From the NCBI GenBank assembly GCA_019058315.1, contig JAHPZH010000003.1, forward strand, positions 748,451 to 812,450: a stretch of DNA of 64,000 nucleotides, written 5' to 3'. This DNA comes from Candidatus Helarchaeota archaeon (lineage in GTDB: Archaea; Asgardarchaeota; Lokiarchaeia; Helarchaeales; RDOG01). The notes under the pieces are model-generated. The model did not search any database and was not told the origin of the DNA. It saw nothing but the letters and a program-made list of their open reading frames with translations. Position 1 is the stretch's first letter. Every line of letters starts with the position of its first letter. A program made the position numbers and the translations under genes. Positions 47,601 to 57,518 of the stretch are shown here, in pieces.

Positions 47601-47630
47601 TTATTTCTACCTCCAATTTAATTAAACATT

Positions 47631-48956
47631 TTATTTCACAATTTGTACTTGTTCCGGTGTGCTTTTTTTAAGTGCCCGCTTTAGAGCATCTAAGTTTGCA
47701 TCAATAACTATTGGTTTGTTAGCATACGTTGGTTTAATATTAGGAATTTTATTCATATGATAGTTTACAGTAGCATCAGGATCCTTTAATAAATTCCCAG
47801 TTAAAATGCCTGTTACTTTATCTTTTCGATCAATAACTCCAGTATCAATCAATTTTTTAATTCCCGCTACTGTAGCGCAAGATGCTGGTTCAGCACCTAT
47901 ACCTGCTCCATCTACTTGGGCTTTAGCATCGAGAATTTCTTGTTCGGTTACCTGTTCAACTGTTCCATTAGTCCATCTAACTGTTCTTACTGCTTTTGTA
48001 TAATTAACAGGTTTTCCGATTTTTATTGCAGTTGCAATAGTTTCAGGATTGTCAACTTCAATATGTTCCTTAAAATCCGTTTTATAACTTAAATATAACG
48101 GATTTGACCCTTCTGCTTGAATAATAGCAACCCGTGGGGGAGAAGAAATAATTCCCAATTCTTCTAATTCTTTAAATCCCTTACCAAAAGCTGAGCTATT
48201 ACCTAGGTTTCCTCCAGGACACACTAGCCAGTCAGGAACTTCCCAATTTAATTGTTGTAGCAATTCAAAAACAATTCCTTTCTGCCCTTCTAATCTAAAT
48301 GCATTTACTGAATTTAATAAGTAAAGGTTCAACTCTGCTGATGCTTCTTGAACTAACGCCATAGCGTCATCAAAATTTCCTCGAATTTGAAATGTCATAC
48401 CACCATAAGCTAAAGCTTGGGATAATTTACCATACGCTATTTTACCCTCCGGAATAAATATAATTACTTTGAACCCGCCAAATTTCCCATATGCAGCTAA
48501 AGAAGCAGATGTATTTCCAGTCGATGCGCATGCAACTACTTTAGATCCTAAAACATTTGCTTGAGTAACACCAGTAGTCATTCCACGATCTTTAAATGAA
48601 CCAGTTGGATTTTCGCCTTCATGTTTAAGTCTTAACCATTTACAACCAGTATAATTTAGAAGATTTTTAGAAGAATATAAATTTGTATTGCCTTCAGGTC
48701 TAGATATTATGAATTTATCCTCAACTGGAAGTATTATTTCTTTATATCGCCAGACTCCACTCATAAATGGAAATTGACGAGATTTCCAGCGCTTATTAAA
48801 TAGTTCTTTAAGGTTTAATTCTTTTAACTTTTCGATATCGTGAACAATATCTAATAAGTTACCACATTTTTTGCACTTGTAAATGATTTGATTAATCGGG
48901 TAATTCTCACCACATTTTATACATTTTTGATGCATTGAAATTTTAATCATCTTCAC
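47631..48956 (-). CDS. thrC: Threonine synthase
   Basis: N-terminal CxxC pairs, NPTGSFKDRG (PLP Lys), CASTGNTSAS, TGNLLKD. Confidence 0.95.
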   Translation of the reverse strand: MKMIKISMHQKCIKCGENYPINQIIYKCKKCGNLLDIVHDIEKLKELNLKELFNKRWKSRQFPFMSGVWRYKEIILPVEDKFIISRPEGNTNLYSSKNLLNYTGCKWLRLKHEGENPTGSFKDRGMTTGVTQANVLGSKVVACASTGNTSASLAAYGKFGGFKVIIFIPEGKIAYGKLSQALAYGGMTFQIRGNFDDAMALVQEASAELNLYLLNSVNAFRLEGQKGIVFELLQQLNWEVPDWLVCPGGNLGNSSAFGKGFKELEELGIISSPPRVAIIQAEGSNPLYLSYKTDFKEHIEVDNPETIATAIKIGKPVNYTKAVRTVRWTNGTVEQVTEQEILDAKAQVDGAGIGAEPASCATVAGIKKLIDTGVIDRKDKVTGILTGNLLKDPDATVNYHMNKIPNIKPTYANKPIVIDANLDALKRALKKSTPEQVQIVK

Positions 48957-48964
48957 TGATAGTT

Positions 48965-49978
48965 TTATTGTGTTTTTTTGTGAATATATAAAAGATCGCT
49001 TATTATCGCACTTGTAGCTTCTCTTCCACCTGCTCCTCTTCCAATAATATATATTTCTTTTGCTAAATCAGTTTCAAATCTTATTAAATTTTGTGTCCCT
49101 TCAATAGCAAATGTTGAATTTTCGGGAACTAAACGAGGAGACACTTCTAATTTACCATTCTCAGCAGATGCAATATGTCTTATAACATAGCCATCTTCTC
49201 TAGCTAATTCTATTGCATCCTTAGTAATTTGTCGAATACCTTTAATTTTAACGTTGGATAGAGTAACATTTTGTTTTAAAATGGAATTAGCAATAATTAC
49301 AATTTTACAAGCTGCATCTATTCCATCTACATCTAAAGAAGGATCTGCTTCTGCAAAACCTAATTCTTGAGCCTCTTTTAGAGCAATTGAAAATGGAACA
49401 TTTTGTCTACTCATTTGGGTTAAAATAAAGTTAGAAGTACCATTTAAAATCCCTTTAATTGAAATAATTTTATTACCCATTAATGCTGTTTCTGCCAAGT
49501 GAAAAACTGGTATAGCACCTCCAGTTGTAGCCTCAAATCTTAGATAAAGGTTATTTTTTTTAGCCAATTCTTGAACTTCTGGAAATGCAAGGGCAAGAGG
49601 TCCTTTATTGGCTGTAATAACATGCTTACCATTATTTAATGCTGTTTTAATGTGTGATAAACCAGGTTCTCCCGTTTTAATATTTGTATGAGTTAATTCT
49701 ACAACTATATCGATATCTAATTTAGGTATTAGATTATTTGCAGATACTTTAGATTTCCAATTTTCATGTTTTTCAAATTCATTTGGGTTAAGATTAATAA
49801 TATCTTTTATATTAAGTCCTGCTTCGTTTATAAAGGCTCCATTTAGCTCAAAAATCCCTTTAATTTTACTCTGAAATCCATATCTTTTTTCAAGATCTTG
49901 TTTTCTTTCTAATAAGATTCTTGCAAATGCACGTCCTACATTACCGAATCCAATAATTGCTAAATTCATTATCATCAT
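48965..49978 (-). CDS. hom: Homoserine dehydrogenase
   Basis: GFGNVG, TANKGPLA, GILNGTSNFIL, AEADP..DVDG.DAA.K, GRGAG. Confidence 0.95.
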   Translation of the reverse strand: MMIMNLAIIGFGNVGRAFARILLERKQDLEKRYGFQSKIKGIFELNGAFINEAGLNIKDIINLNPNEFEKHENWKSKVSANNLIPKLDIDIVVELTHTNIKTGEPGLSHIKTALNNGKHVITANKGPLALAFPEVQELAKKNNLYLRFEATTGGAIPVFHLAETALMGNKIISIKGILNGTSNFILTQMSRQNVPFSIALKEAQELGFAEADPSLDVDGIDAACKIVIIANSILKQNVTLSNVKIKGIRQITKDAIELAREDGYVIRHIASAENGKLEVSPRLVPENSTFAIEGTQNLIRFETDLAKEIYIIGRGAGGREATSAIISDLLYIHKKTQ

Positions 49979-49983
49979 TCCCT

Positions 49984-50478
49984 CTACAATAATTCAGTAA
50001 TTGCAAACAAATTTTTCTTTTCACAAATTTCATTAATAAGTTTGTAAACTATTTCAATTTTATCTTTAGAGTCTACTTGGATTGAAATCTTGACTGATGA
50101 AACTTCTTCGGGTCTAACAATTCTTGAATCGACTTTTCTCACAAGGACTCCAAGGTTCAAGATTGAATCAATTGTATCTTTAATGTCAGTTGCATAAACA
50201 TGCCCTATAAGAATTATTGTACAATAATATAAACCGACTTCACTTTCAATTCGAGTAATATTAAGGTTAGCTTCTAATAAATCATTCTTGATTTGATTAA
50301 GTTGATTAAAATTTTCTACTTCAAAATTAAAAAGAACTGGTACGATATTTCCCGCTTTTACACGGTCTCGTAGATGGTAAATACCTAAGAAATTGCCACC
50401 TCGCTTGCTTATAGGTTCTATTACCATCATTAATTGTCCTGGCTTATCTGCAAGCTCAACTTCCATTTCAATAATCAA
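49984..50478 (-). CDS. ACT-domain protein (allosteric partner of homoserine dehydrogenase)
   Basis: EL.DKPGQL..V.EPIS..GGN, LIGHV..TDI.DTID; adjacent to hom. Confidence 0.88.
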   Translation of the reverse strand: MIIEMEVELADKPGQLMMVIEPISKRGGNFLGIYHLRDRVKAGNIVPVLFNFEVENFNQLNQIKNDLLEANLNITRIESEVGLYYCTIILIGHVYATDIKDTIDSILNLGVLVRKVDSRIVRPEEVSSVKISIQVDSKDKIEIVYKLINEICEKKNLFAITELL

Positions 50479-50584
50479 AGGAATTCTTCCTATACCCGAT
50501 AATTATCTTTACTACTTTTATAAAATAGATTAAAAACATTGCATATTAATTGTTTTGTGTATTTATTATTTGAGATGATTTTTA

Positions 50585-51829
50585 ATGAAGACCAAAAAAG
50601 CTCTAATGATAATAATCGACGGAGCGGCAGATCGTCCAGTTCAGGCTTTAGGCGGTAAAACACCATTAGAAGTTGCTAAAACGCCAAATTTAGATCGAGT
50701 AGCTAAAGAAGGAATTTGTGGTTTATTAGATTCTTTAGCACCCGGTAAAAAAGGAGGATCTGATACCGCAATCATGTCGATACTAGGGTATAATCCATAT
50801 GAAATATATACAGGAAGAGGTCCAATTGAAGTCGCAGGAGTTGGGATCAAATTAGAAAAAGGAGATGTCTCTCTTCGGTGTAATTATTCAACTATAGATG
50901 AAAATATGACAATTCTTAATCGCACTGCAGATTATGTAAGGGAGGGTACTGATGAACTTGAAAAGGCATTGAATGAACAAATTTCTCTATCTAATCCAGA
51001 TATAAAATTCCAATTTAGAAATTCAGCTGATTATAGATGTGTTTTTCATTTAAGGGGTAATGGCTTATCTGCAAATATTACAGATGCTGATCCTTATCAT
51101 GAAGGGGAAAAAATATTAGAAGTAAAACCAATAGATGGATCTCGTGAAGCGAAAAAAGCTGCGGATTTGGTCAATGAATTCGTTAATAAATCATACAAAG
51201 TGTTAAATAATCATCCAGTAAATCTAAAGAGAAAAAAAGAGGGAAAACCTCCAGCAAATGTAATTGTTCCTAGAGGCTCTGGAGAAACTCCAAAAATGGA
51301 GAATTTTTACCAGAGATGGAAAATTAAAGGAGCTTGTATAGCAGGAATCGGATTGATTAAAGGATTGGGTTATCTTAGTGGGATGGAAGTAATAAATGTA
51401 AAAGGTGCAACAGGATATATTGACACTGATTATATAGGTAAGGCAAAAGCGGCATTAAAAGCACTAGAAAAAAATGATTTTGTTGTTTTGCATATTGAAG
51501 GTACCGATGAAGTTTCTCATGATAAGAAATTTAAAGAAAAAATTGAAGCTATAGAAGAAACAGATAATATGATTGGTTTTATATTAGCTAATATTTCAAA
51601 GGATGTTATTTTAACAATCTTATCAGATCATACAACTTCTTGTGACTATGGCGACCATACAGCAGACCCAACTCCGATTGTAATATGGGGAGAAGGTCTG
51701 TTTTCAGATGATGTTGATATTTTCACTGAAAGGGCTATGATAAAAGGTATGATAAGACGTATTAAGGGTCAAGATGTCATGCCTATTTTATTAGATGCCA
51801 TGAATCGATCAGAGAAATTTGGTGCTTAA
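50585..51829 (+). CDS. apgM: ApgM-family cofactor-independent phosphoglycerate mutase (possible homoserine kinase)
   Basis: DGAAD..GKTPLE.A.TPNLD, GSD, YTGRGP.E, DEVSH, SDHTT, HTADP. Confidence 0.88.
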   Translation: MKTKKALMIIIDGAADRPVQALGGKTPLEVAKTPNLDRVAKEGICGLLDSLAPGKKGGSDTAIMSILGYNPYEIYTGRGPIEVAGVGIKLEKGDVSLRCNYSTIDENMTILNRTADYVREGTDELEKALNEQISLSNPDIKFQFRNSADYRCVFHLRGNGLSANITDADPYHEGEKILEVKPIDGSREAKKAADLVNEFVNKSYKVLNNHPVNLKRKKEGKPPANVIVPRGSGETPKMENFYQRWKIKGACIAGIGLIKGLGYLSGMEVINVKGATGYIDTDYIGKAKAALKALEKNDFVVLHIEGTDEVSHDKKFKEKIEAIEETDNMIGFILANISKDVILTILSDHTTSCDYGDHTADPTPIVIWGEGLFSDDVDIFTERAMIKGMIRRIKGQDVMPILLDAMNRSEKFGA

Positions 51830-51874
51830 AGCCTTATTGATTGAATAGCAAAGAAGAAAATTTAACCTATTTTT

Positions 51875-52519
51875 TTATATGACGGGTAGCAGTAGACTTA
51901 AAATCATTACAATAAAGCCCGCGATTAACATTTTAATTCCAGAAAAAATCCAATTTTTTTTAGAGATTTTTCCCAAAAAAATACCTAATACAAAGAGCAT
52001 TATAAAGGTCATAACAAGTGATGCCGGGAATACAAAACCATTCCTAACCCAAAGGAGTTGACCTGCACCTAAAAATAGGAAAAATGGTACCATACAAATT
52101 AAAGCTGCACCTGCTGGGGATGCGCCATCAACTATCGCTGCGATTATGCTTGCAAAACGTCTTGCTTTTGCATAAATTGTATCATTAAGTGCTCCTTGTT
52201 TTTTACCCATAGCAATTTCAAGATCATGAACTTCTTTTGTATGCTCAGCAGCTTCAGTAAGATACGAACCCCAAATTCCAGAAACCCCCATTGAAAGCGC
52301 AGTAGTAAGACCAGTAAATACCACTATTGAAATTAATGACGAATCAAATAGCGTACTGCCCCCATTTGAAAGAAGTGCACCCATAATAATACCTAATGTA
52401 GTCAGAGAACCATCAAAAGCATTCATTACAAAAAATCGTCTTACTATTGGACCAACTTCGCTAATTTCAATATAGTCTTTCCATCGTTTCCAAAAACGTA
52501 CCATATAATTAAACACCAA
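51875..52519 (-). CDS. VIT1/CCC1-family membrane transporter
   Basis: RRFFVMNAFDG.LT.LG, MGVSG.WG.YLTE.AE. Confidence 0.85.
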   Translation of the reverse strand: MVFNYMVRFWKRWKDYIEISEVGPIVRRFFVMNAFDGSLTTLGIIMGALLSNGGSTLFDSSLISIVVFTGLTTALSMGVSGIWGSYLTEAAEHTKEVHDLEIAMGKKQGALNDTIYAKARRFASIIAAIVDGASPAGAALICMVPFFLFLGAGQLLWVRNGFVFPASLVMTFIMLFVLGIFLGKISKKNWIFSGIKMLIAGFIVMILSLLLPVI

Positions 52520-52598
52520 GATTTTGGTGAAATGTTTAATGGGATAATTATTTTTACTTTATATTATTTTAATCCAAATTAATTTATTTAACTTAATT

Positions 52599-53420
52599 TC
52601 ACAAAAATGTATTAATAAGAAATTCATCGATTTCCAAGTCTCTTATTCTTTTCCAATCATTCTTAAGAATTTGATATATACTAGTTCTAATCACACTTTT
52701 AAATAATTGTTCAGACTGCATAGTCTGTTTGATGATAACAATAAAATTTGTAAGTATACTTTTTAATCTCTCCTTGAATTCCTCTTGATCAATTTCAGCC
52801 AGTGTTTCTATATCCCAGCTACCCGATTCTGCTTCAAACGCCATCTCTGTAAGATTTAATGAGTATTCAGGACCTAGATCAACGCTTGTACCAAGCGCAG
52901 TTATTATTTGTTGGTAAACATCTAAAATATCCATAAGAGCTGCAGCGTCTTGAACACGTTTTGCTTTTTCCCAATCATTTATTAATTGGTCTAAAATCTC
53001 CTTAAAACCAGAAAATTTATGCATATTTCCATCCCATTGTAATTCTTCGAAATTAGTATCAATATTAAAATATTCTGAGAAAGTCTCACCAATCCCCATT
53101 AGTTGGGATTTTAACATTTCGGACGTATCTTCTTTTTCAGATGCTGATACATAAAGAACTCCTTTATTTTCATAATAAACCCATCGGATTCCTCCCATAT
53201 CAATATTTTCGATACCTGTTTGATCCAATTCACCACTTGCAAACCCATATAGTGCTGTAAGAAACCCAGATAATAGATTTTCATCAATAATAATTTTACC
53301 AAATTGTTTCGAAAAAACTACTCGCCCAGAACTCTTTTCGATAATAAAAATTGAATATAACAAGGCACTTACTTCCAAATCTAAACTAAAGTCATTATAA
53401 TGATTATAAGAATTTTCCAC
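52599..53420 (-). CDS. Longin-domain protein with helical C-terminus
   Basis: SIFIIEKSSG..VFSK.F, DENLLSGFLTAL..FA, I..I.MG, WDGN...F. Confidence 0.75.
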   Translation of the reverse strand: MENSYNHYNDFSLDLEVSALLYSIFIIEKSSGRVVFSKQFGKIIIDENLLSGFLTALYGFASGELDQTGIENIDMGGIRWVYYENKGVLYVSASEKEDTSEMLKSQLMGIGETFSEYFNIDTNFEELQWDGNMHKFSGFKEILDQLINDWEKAKRVQDAAALMDILDVYQQIITALGTSVDLGPEYSLNLTEMAFEAESGSWDIETLAEIDQEEFKERLKSILTNFIVIIKQTMQSEQLFKSVIRTSIYQILKNDWKRIRDLEIDEFLINTFL

Positions 53421-53549
53421 AAAATCTGATTTTAAATTTCTTTAATATCCAATCTCTTATTAAATTAATTAATAACATGCTATTATTTTTATTTATTTTT
53501 TAATTTTACCAAATTATCAAAATTTTTATAAAAAAAGATTTAAAATAAC

Positions 53550-54971
53550 TTATAGTTTAAACTCTTCATAGATTGCGTGTATTGCTTTTTCAATATCTTT
53601 CTTTAGTATGACCATAGAGATGTTGAGTTCGGATGATCCTTGGGCTATTGCTCTAATATTAACGTTATTTTTTCCCAGAGCAGTAAATACTCGTCCTGCA
53701 ACACCAGGAGTATGAATCATACCAGCTCCAACAACAGCTAGTAAAGATACATTTAATTCTCTTTTTAATTTAAGAAAATATGAACTTTTACCAAAAAAAT
53801 CGGAATTAATCAATACATCCTTGGCTATCTCACCATCAGCGCGGGTTACTAAGAAGGTAATATTATTTTCTGATGATGATTGACTGATCATAAGAATGTT
53901 AACATTATTTTTTCCCATTAAATCGAACACCCTAGCAGCAGTCCCAGGTCTAGATACCATGGCTTCCCCTTCCACAGTGATCATTGCAACATCTTTCATT
54001 ATTGATATAGCTTTAACGATATCTGATTTAATATGTTTTGAAGGACCTATAATTGTGAAATCTTCTGAATCAGGATGGTCAAAACATCTAATTTCAATTG
54101 GCACATTTTTATGTTCTGCTGGAAATATACACAAAGGATGAAGGATTTTAGTTCCAAAAAATGCCAATTCACGAGCCTCTGCATACGAAATATAAGGAAT
54201 TAATTTCGCATTGGTTGCAAATTTAGGATCTGAAGAATATAAACCATGCACATCTTTCCATAATATTACATTTAAGCTATATTCAGGCTTATTTTGTAGG
54301 CATGATGCAATTAATGTTGTAGTCAAATCAGATCCTCCTCTACCTAGAGTTGCAATGTCACCATCCTCAGTCCTTGCAATATAGCCAGTAATTGCGGGAG
54401 CTATATTTTTAGAAAAAAGTGAATAAATTCTTTCTTTCACATAATTTTCAGTCAAATCCATCATTGGTAAGTTATTACGATTGATTACGATGAACTCATC
54501 ATCAGCAGAAACGTATTCGGCATCAATACCTTTGTATTTCAAAAATTGTGTAAAAATATAAGTTGATAGTCTTTCACCATATGATAATACAAATTCCTTA
54601 TTTCTATATGACAAACCTTCTTTTTGAATTGCATCTAATTTTATTTTTAATTCGTTTAATGAATCATCGATGAAATTTTGAGCGTTCTTCGCCCATTTGT
54701 CCTTAATTACACTATTAATTATTTGATAATGTTTATTTTTCAATTCATCAATAAAATCTTGTGTATTTGCTCTTGGATTCTCTGATTTTTCCGCTGATTC
54801 CAGTAGAAAATTAGTAACTCCTGACACTGCTGAACAAATGAATGCTAAATTCAGATCAGGTTTTTGGAATTGATTAATAATATTTAGCGTCTTTGCAAAA
54901 GAGGCACTATCACGTAGACAAGAGCCCCCGAATTTCATTACTGTTATTTTTTTCATTTTACTAATACACAT
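53550..54971 (-). CDS. lysC: Aspartate kinase with two ACT domains
   Basis: VMKFGGS, SYGERLS, TLGRGGSD, WKDV.G...DP, ISQSSSE, IAQGSSE. Confidence 0.95.
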   Translation of the reverse strand: MCISKMKKITVMKFGGSCLRDSASFAKTLNIINQFQKPDLNLAFICSAVSGVTNFLLESAEKSENPRANTQDFIDELKNKHYQIINSVIKDKWAKNAQNFIDDSLNELKIKLDAIQKEGLSYRNKEFVLSYGERLSTYIFTQFLKYKGIDAEYVSADDEFIVINRNNLPMMDLTENYVKERIYSLFSKNIAPAITGYIARTEDGDIATLGRGGSDLTTTLIASCLQNKPEYSLNVILWKDVHGLYSSDPKFATNAKLIPYISYAEARELAFFGTKILHPLCIFPAEHKNVPIEIRCFDHPDSEDFTIIGPSKHIKSDIVKAISIMKDVAMITVEGEAMVSRPGTAARVFDLMGKNNVNILMISQSSSENNITFLVTRADGEIAKDVLINSDFFGKSSYFLKLKRELNVSLLAVVGAGMIHTPGVAGRVFTALGKNNVNIRAIAQGSSELNISMVILKKDIEKAIHAIYEEFKL

Positions 54972-55032
54972 TTAATTTAAATTGTATTAGAAGAATTAAA
55001 AAATTAGTGAAATAAAAACATTTTTAAAAATA

Positions 55033-55485
55033 ATGAAAAATTCAAAGAAAAAGTTGAAATCTTTGCCTCAAGATAACTCTAAAGAAAAAGTCGACGATCT
55101 TGCATTAAAATTATTTAAAGAAATTGGTTTGAAAGATGATGAAATAGAATCAACGATGGACTTGATTAATTTAATAGAAAGCACTCCAAGCAGAACCTCC
55201 CAAACTGAATTAATATCAAAACCTCCAATTGGTATTACGGAGACTGAACGAATTAGACAGTTAGAAGAAATTATTGAAGAACAACGTAAACGAATCGAAA
55301 AATACGAGGAGAAAATAGGTCCAAAGTTAATATTAATGATTAAAAGTTATTTGGATAAATTAAATTCAGCCAATAATGAAATTCAATTAAAACAAAAAAA
55401 AATTATTCAATTAGAGGAACAAATTGCGAAATTTAAACAAATTATTCAAAAATTGAGGACAATTTGGCAAATTTCAGAAGTATAA
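55033..55485 (+). CDS. Coiled-coil protein
   Basis: Heptad-rich E/K/Q/L C-terminal half. Confidence 0.65.
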   Translation: MKNSKKKLKSLPQDNSKEKVDDLALKLFKEIGLKDDEIESTMDLINLIESTPSRTSQTELISKPPIGITETERIRQLEEIIEEQRKRIEKYEEKIGPKLILMIKSYLDKLNSANNEIQLKQKKIIQLEEQIAKFKQIIQKLRTIWQISEV

Positions 55486-55630
55486 ATTTAAAAAATTACT
55501 CGCAATAAATATATAATTCAAGATTAAGTTGTATTATTTGATATCATTTTATCATATAAAAATATTTTATTACATAAAAATATAGGAAAAGTAAGATATT
55601 ACTTTATTAACTGACAAGAGATGATTAATT

Positions 55631-56782
55631 TTGTCATTATTAGAATGGGAGAAGATTGAGCAAAAACCAGAGAAGGATTATAAAGTTCCTGGAGAATTCT
55701 TATTAAGTCAACGAAAATTTCTTGAAGAACAAGAGAAGAAAGTCGAGAAACTAGAATCGACAATAAAAGAACTTAGAGAAGAGCTGGCAAATGCAAATTC
55801 AGAGCTAGAAACTAGAGCAAACAAAATTAAAGAGATGGTTGAAAAAATAGGGGAAATGAATGAAAAACTTGAAGCATTAAATGAAGCTTCAGAAGGAGTT
55901 AAAAACCTCAATATAGAGCTTTCTCAAACAAATGATGAACTTAATGATGAAATTGAAAAATTGAAAGATGAAATTCAAACGTTAAAGGATAATAATGAAC
56001 TCCAAGAAAATTTAGTTAAAGAGAAAAATGAAGAATTACAGAAAAATTTAGATGAAGTTGAACAGTTAAAACAAAAAAGTGCAGAATTAGAAGAAAAACT
56101 AAGCTCAATCCCTTCGGAAGAGGAAATTAATGAGATGAGAAAAAAACTTGAAGACTTTCCATCACCCGAAGAGATAGAAGAATTAAAAAGAAGACCTTCC
56201 CCTGATGATGTTGATAATCTTTTAATTAGCAAAGATGAAGAAATCGAAAAATTAAACGAACAAATTAACACTTTAAAATCAGAGGTTGAAGGATTAAAAG
56301 TCGCGGCTGAAACAGCGCCTCCAACTCCAGCCCCAACGCCAGCACCTCCAACACCAAAACCCGAAATAACACCTACACCTGCTACACCTGTTGTCTCAAC
56401 AACTCCCTCAGTAGATCTTTCAAGTCCAAAATTTTCTATAACAGATGATTCAACAAAACCAAAATTCTCATTAGTTGACGATGGATCTTTGGATATAGAA
56501 GGTGTTAAAAAGAGAGTTTTGCCTCAACAAGTTATAGATATCTTTAACAACCTGAAAATGGCTATCCAGGGAGGAATTAGAGCGGGAGAGTTATATAAAC
56601 TTATGGAAGATTCAAGAGATGAGATAGCAAATATTTTCGGATTTAGTCAAGCTTTAAAACGAATGGGTGATGTTGCAAAAAAGCTGAAAAAAGCACCTCA
56701 AAACGCTCAAATTGATGAACAATCAGTAAATATTTTCCTTCAAAAAATTGATGAATGGATGAAAACTATGGGAACTTTTTAA
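55631..56782 (+). CDS. Long coiled-coil protein with Pro/Thr linker and C-terminal four-helix (Vps28-CTD-like) domain
   Basis: About 190 aa of heptads, PPTPAPTPAPPTP linker, helical C-terminus ending IDEQSVNIFLQKIDEW. Confidence 0.7.
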   Translation: MSLLEWEKIEQKPEKDYKVPGEFLLSQRKFLEEQEKKVEKLESTIKELREELANANSELETRANKIKEMVEKIGEMNEKLEALNEASEGVKNLNIELSQTNDELNDEIEKLKDEIQTLKDNNELQENLVKEKNEELQKNLDEVEQLKQKSAELEEKLSSIPSEEEINEMRKKLEDFPSPEEIEELKRRPSPDDVDNLLISKDEEIEKLNEQINTLKSEVEGLKVAAETAPPTPAPTPAPPTPKPEITPTPATPVVSTTPSVDLSSPKFSITDDSTKPKFSLVDDGSLDIEGVKKRVLPQQVIDIFNNLKMAIQGGIRAGELYKLMEDSRDEIANIFGFSQALKRMGDVAKKLKKAPQNAQIDEQSVNIFLQKIDEWMKTMGTF

Positions 56783-56815
56783 ATATTTATTTTTATTTCA
56801 TTATTTTTCTAGTAT

Positions 56816-57505
56816 TTATTCTTCTTCTGGTTCTTCTTCTTCCTCTTCTTCCTCATCTTCTTCCTCATCTTCTAATTCTTCCTCTTCTTCCTCACCAGTT
56901 TTTACATCCCCTTCTTGCTCCAATTCATCCAATTTCTTTTTTAACCCACTATTTGTTAGAATGAGGTAGGCTTTTTGTATACCTAGAATTTCATCTAAGT
57001 CTTGTTCATACTTTGTTATTTTTCTCTTATTAAGATCTTTTATTACATCTTCTCCTATTAAATAATTATCACCAAGTATATTATCCCTGAATTTTATAAC
57101 CCTATTTTTTAATTTGTCTATAAGCTTATCCATTATATTTTTTTCAATATTTTCTTGACCATCAACAATTTTATTTAAATTATAATTTTCTTTTCCTATA
57201 GAGAAAGTTTTAGGAATATTAGAAGCTATTAGGGTATCTTCATCATTCAATGTTCTTAAAATATTATTTCTTTTTTCCTCAATTTCTTGTAAAATCGTCC
57301 AATTTTTATTATCATTTACGATATCCCACTCCAGATTATCTATGACATTGTCTTTCTCCCGATTTTTATGTTTTTCATATACATGATCCTCCCCAATAAT
57401 TATATCTTTAAATTTCTCTTTGCATATCGTACAAGAACATGGAATCAGATATCTTCCTCTTTGAATTAATTCTAACCTGTTTTCAGTTTTTTCTTTTTCT
57501 GACAA
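56816..57505 (-). CDS. DUF5788-like protein with N-terminal Cys/His motif and poly-acidic tail
   Basis: R..IL..L....TLIA..IP....I..E.YNL...V and EILGIQKA...L resemble archaeal DUF5788 as I recall it; CSCTIC..H; E-rich end. Confidence 0.55.
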   Translation of the reverse strand: MSEKEKTENRLELIQRGRYLIPCSCTICKEKFKDIIIGEDHVYEKHKNREKDNVIDNLEWDIVNDNKNWTILQEIEEKRNNILRTLNDEDTLIASNIPKTFSIGKENYNLNKIVDGQENIEKNIMDKLIDKLKNRVIKFRDNILGDNYLIGEDVIKDLNKRKITKYEQDLDEILGIQKAYLILTNSGLKKKLDELEQEGDVKTGEEEEEELEDEEEDEEEEEEEEPEEE

Positions 57506-57518
57506 TTAATCCATATCC

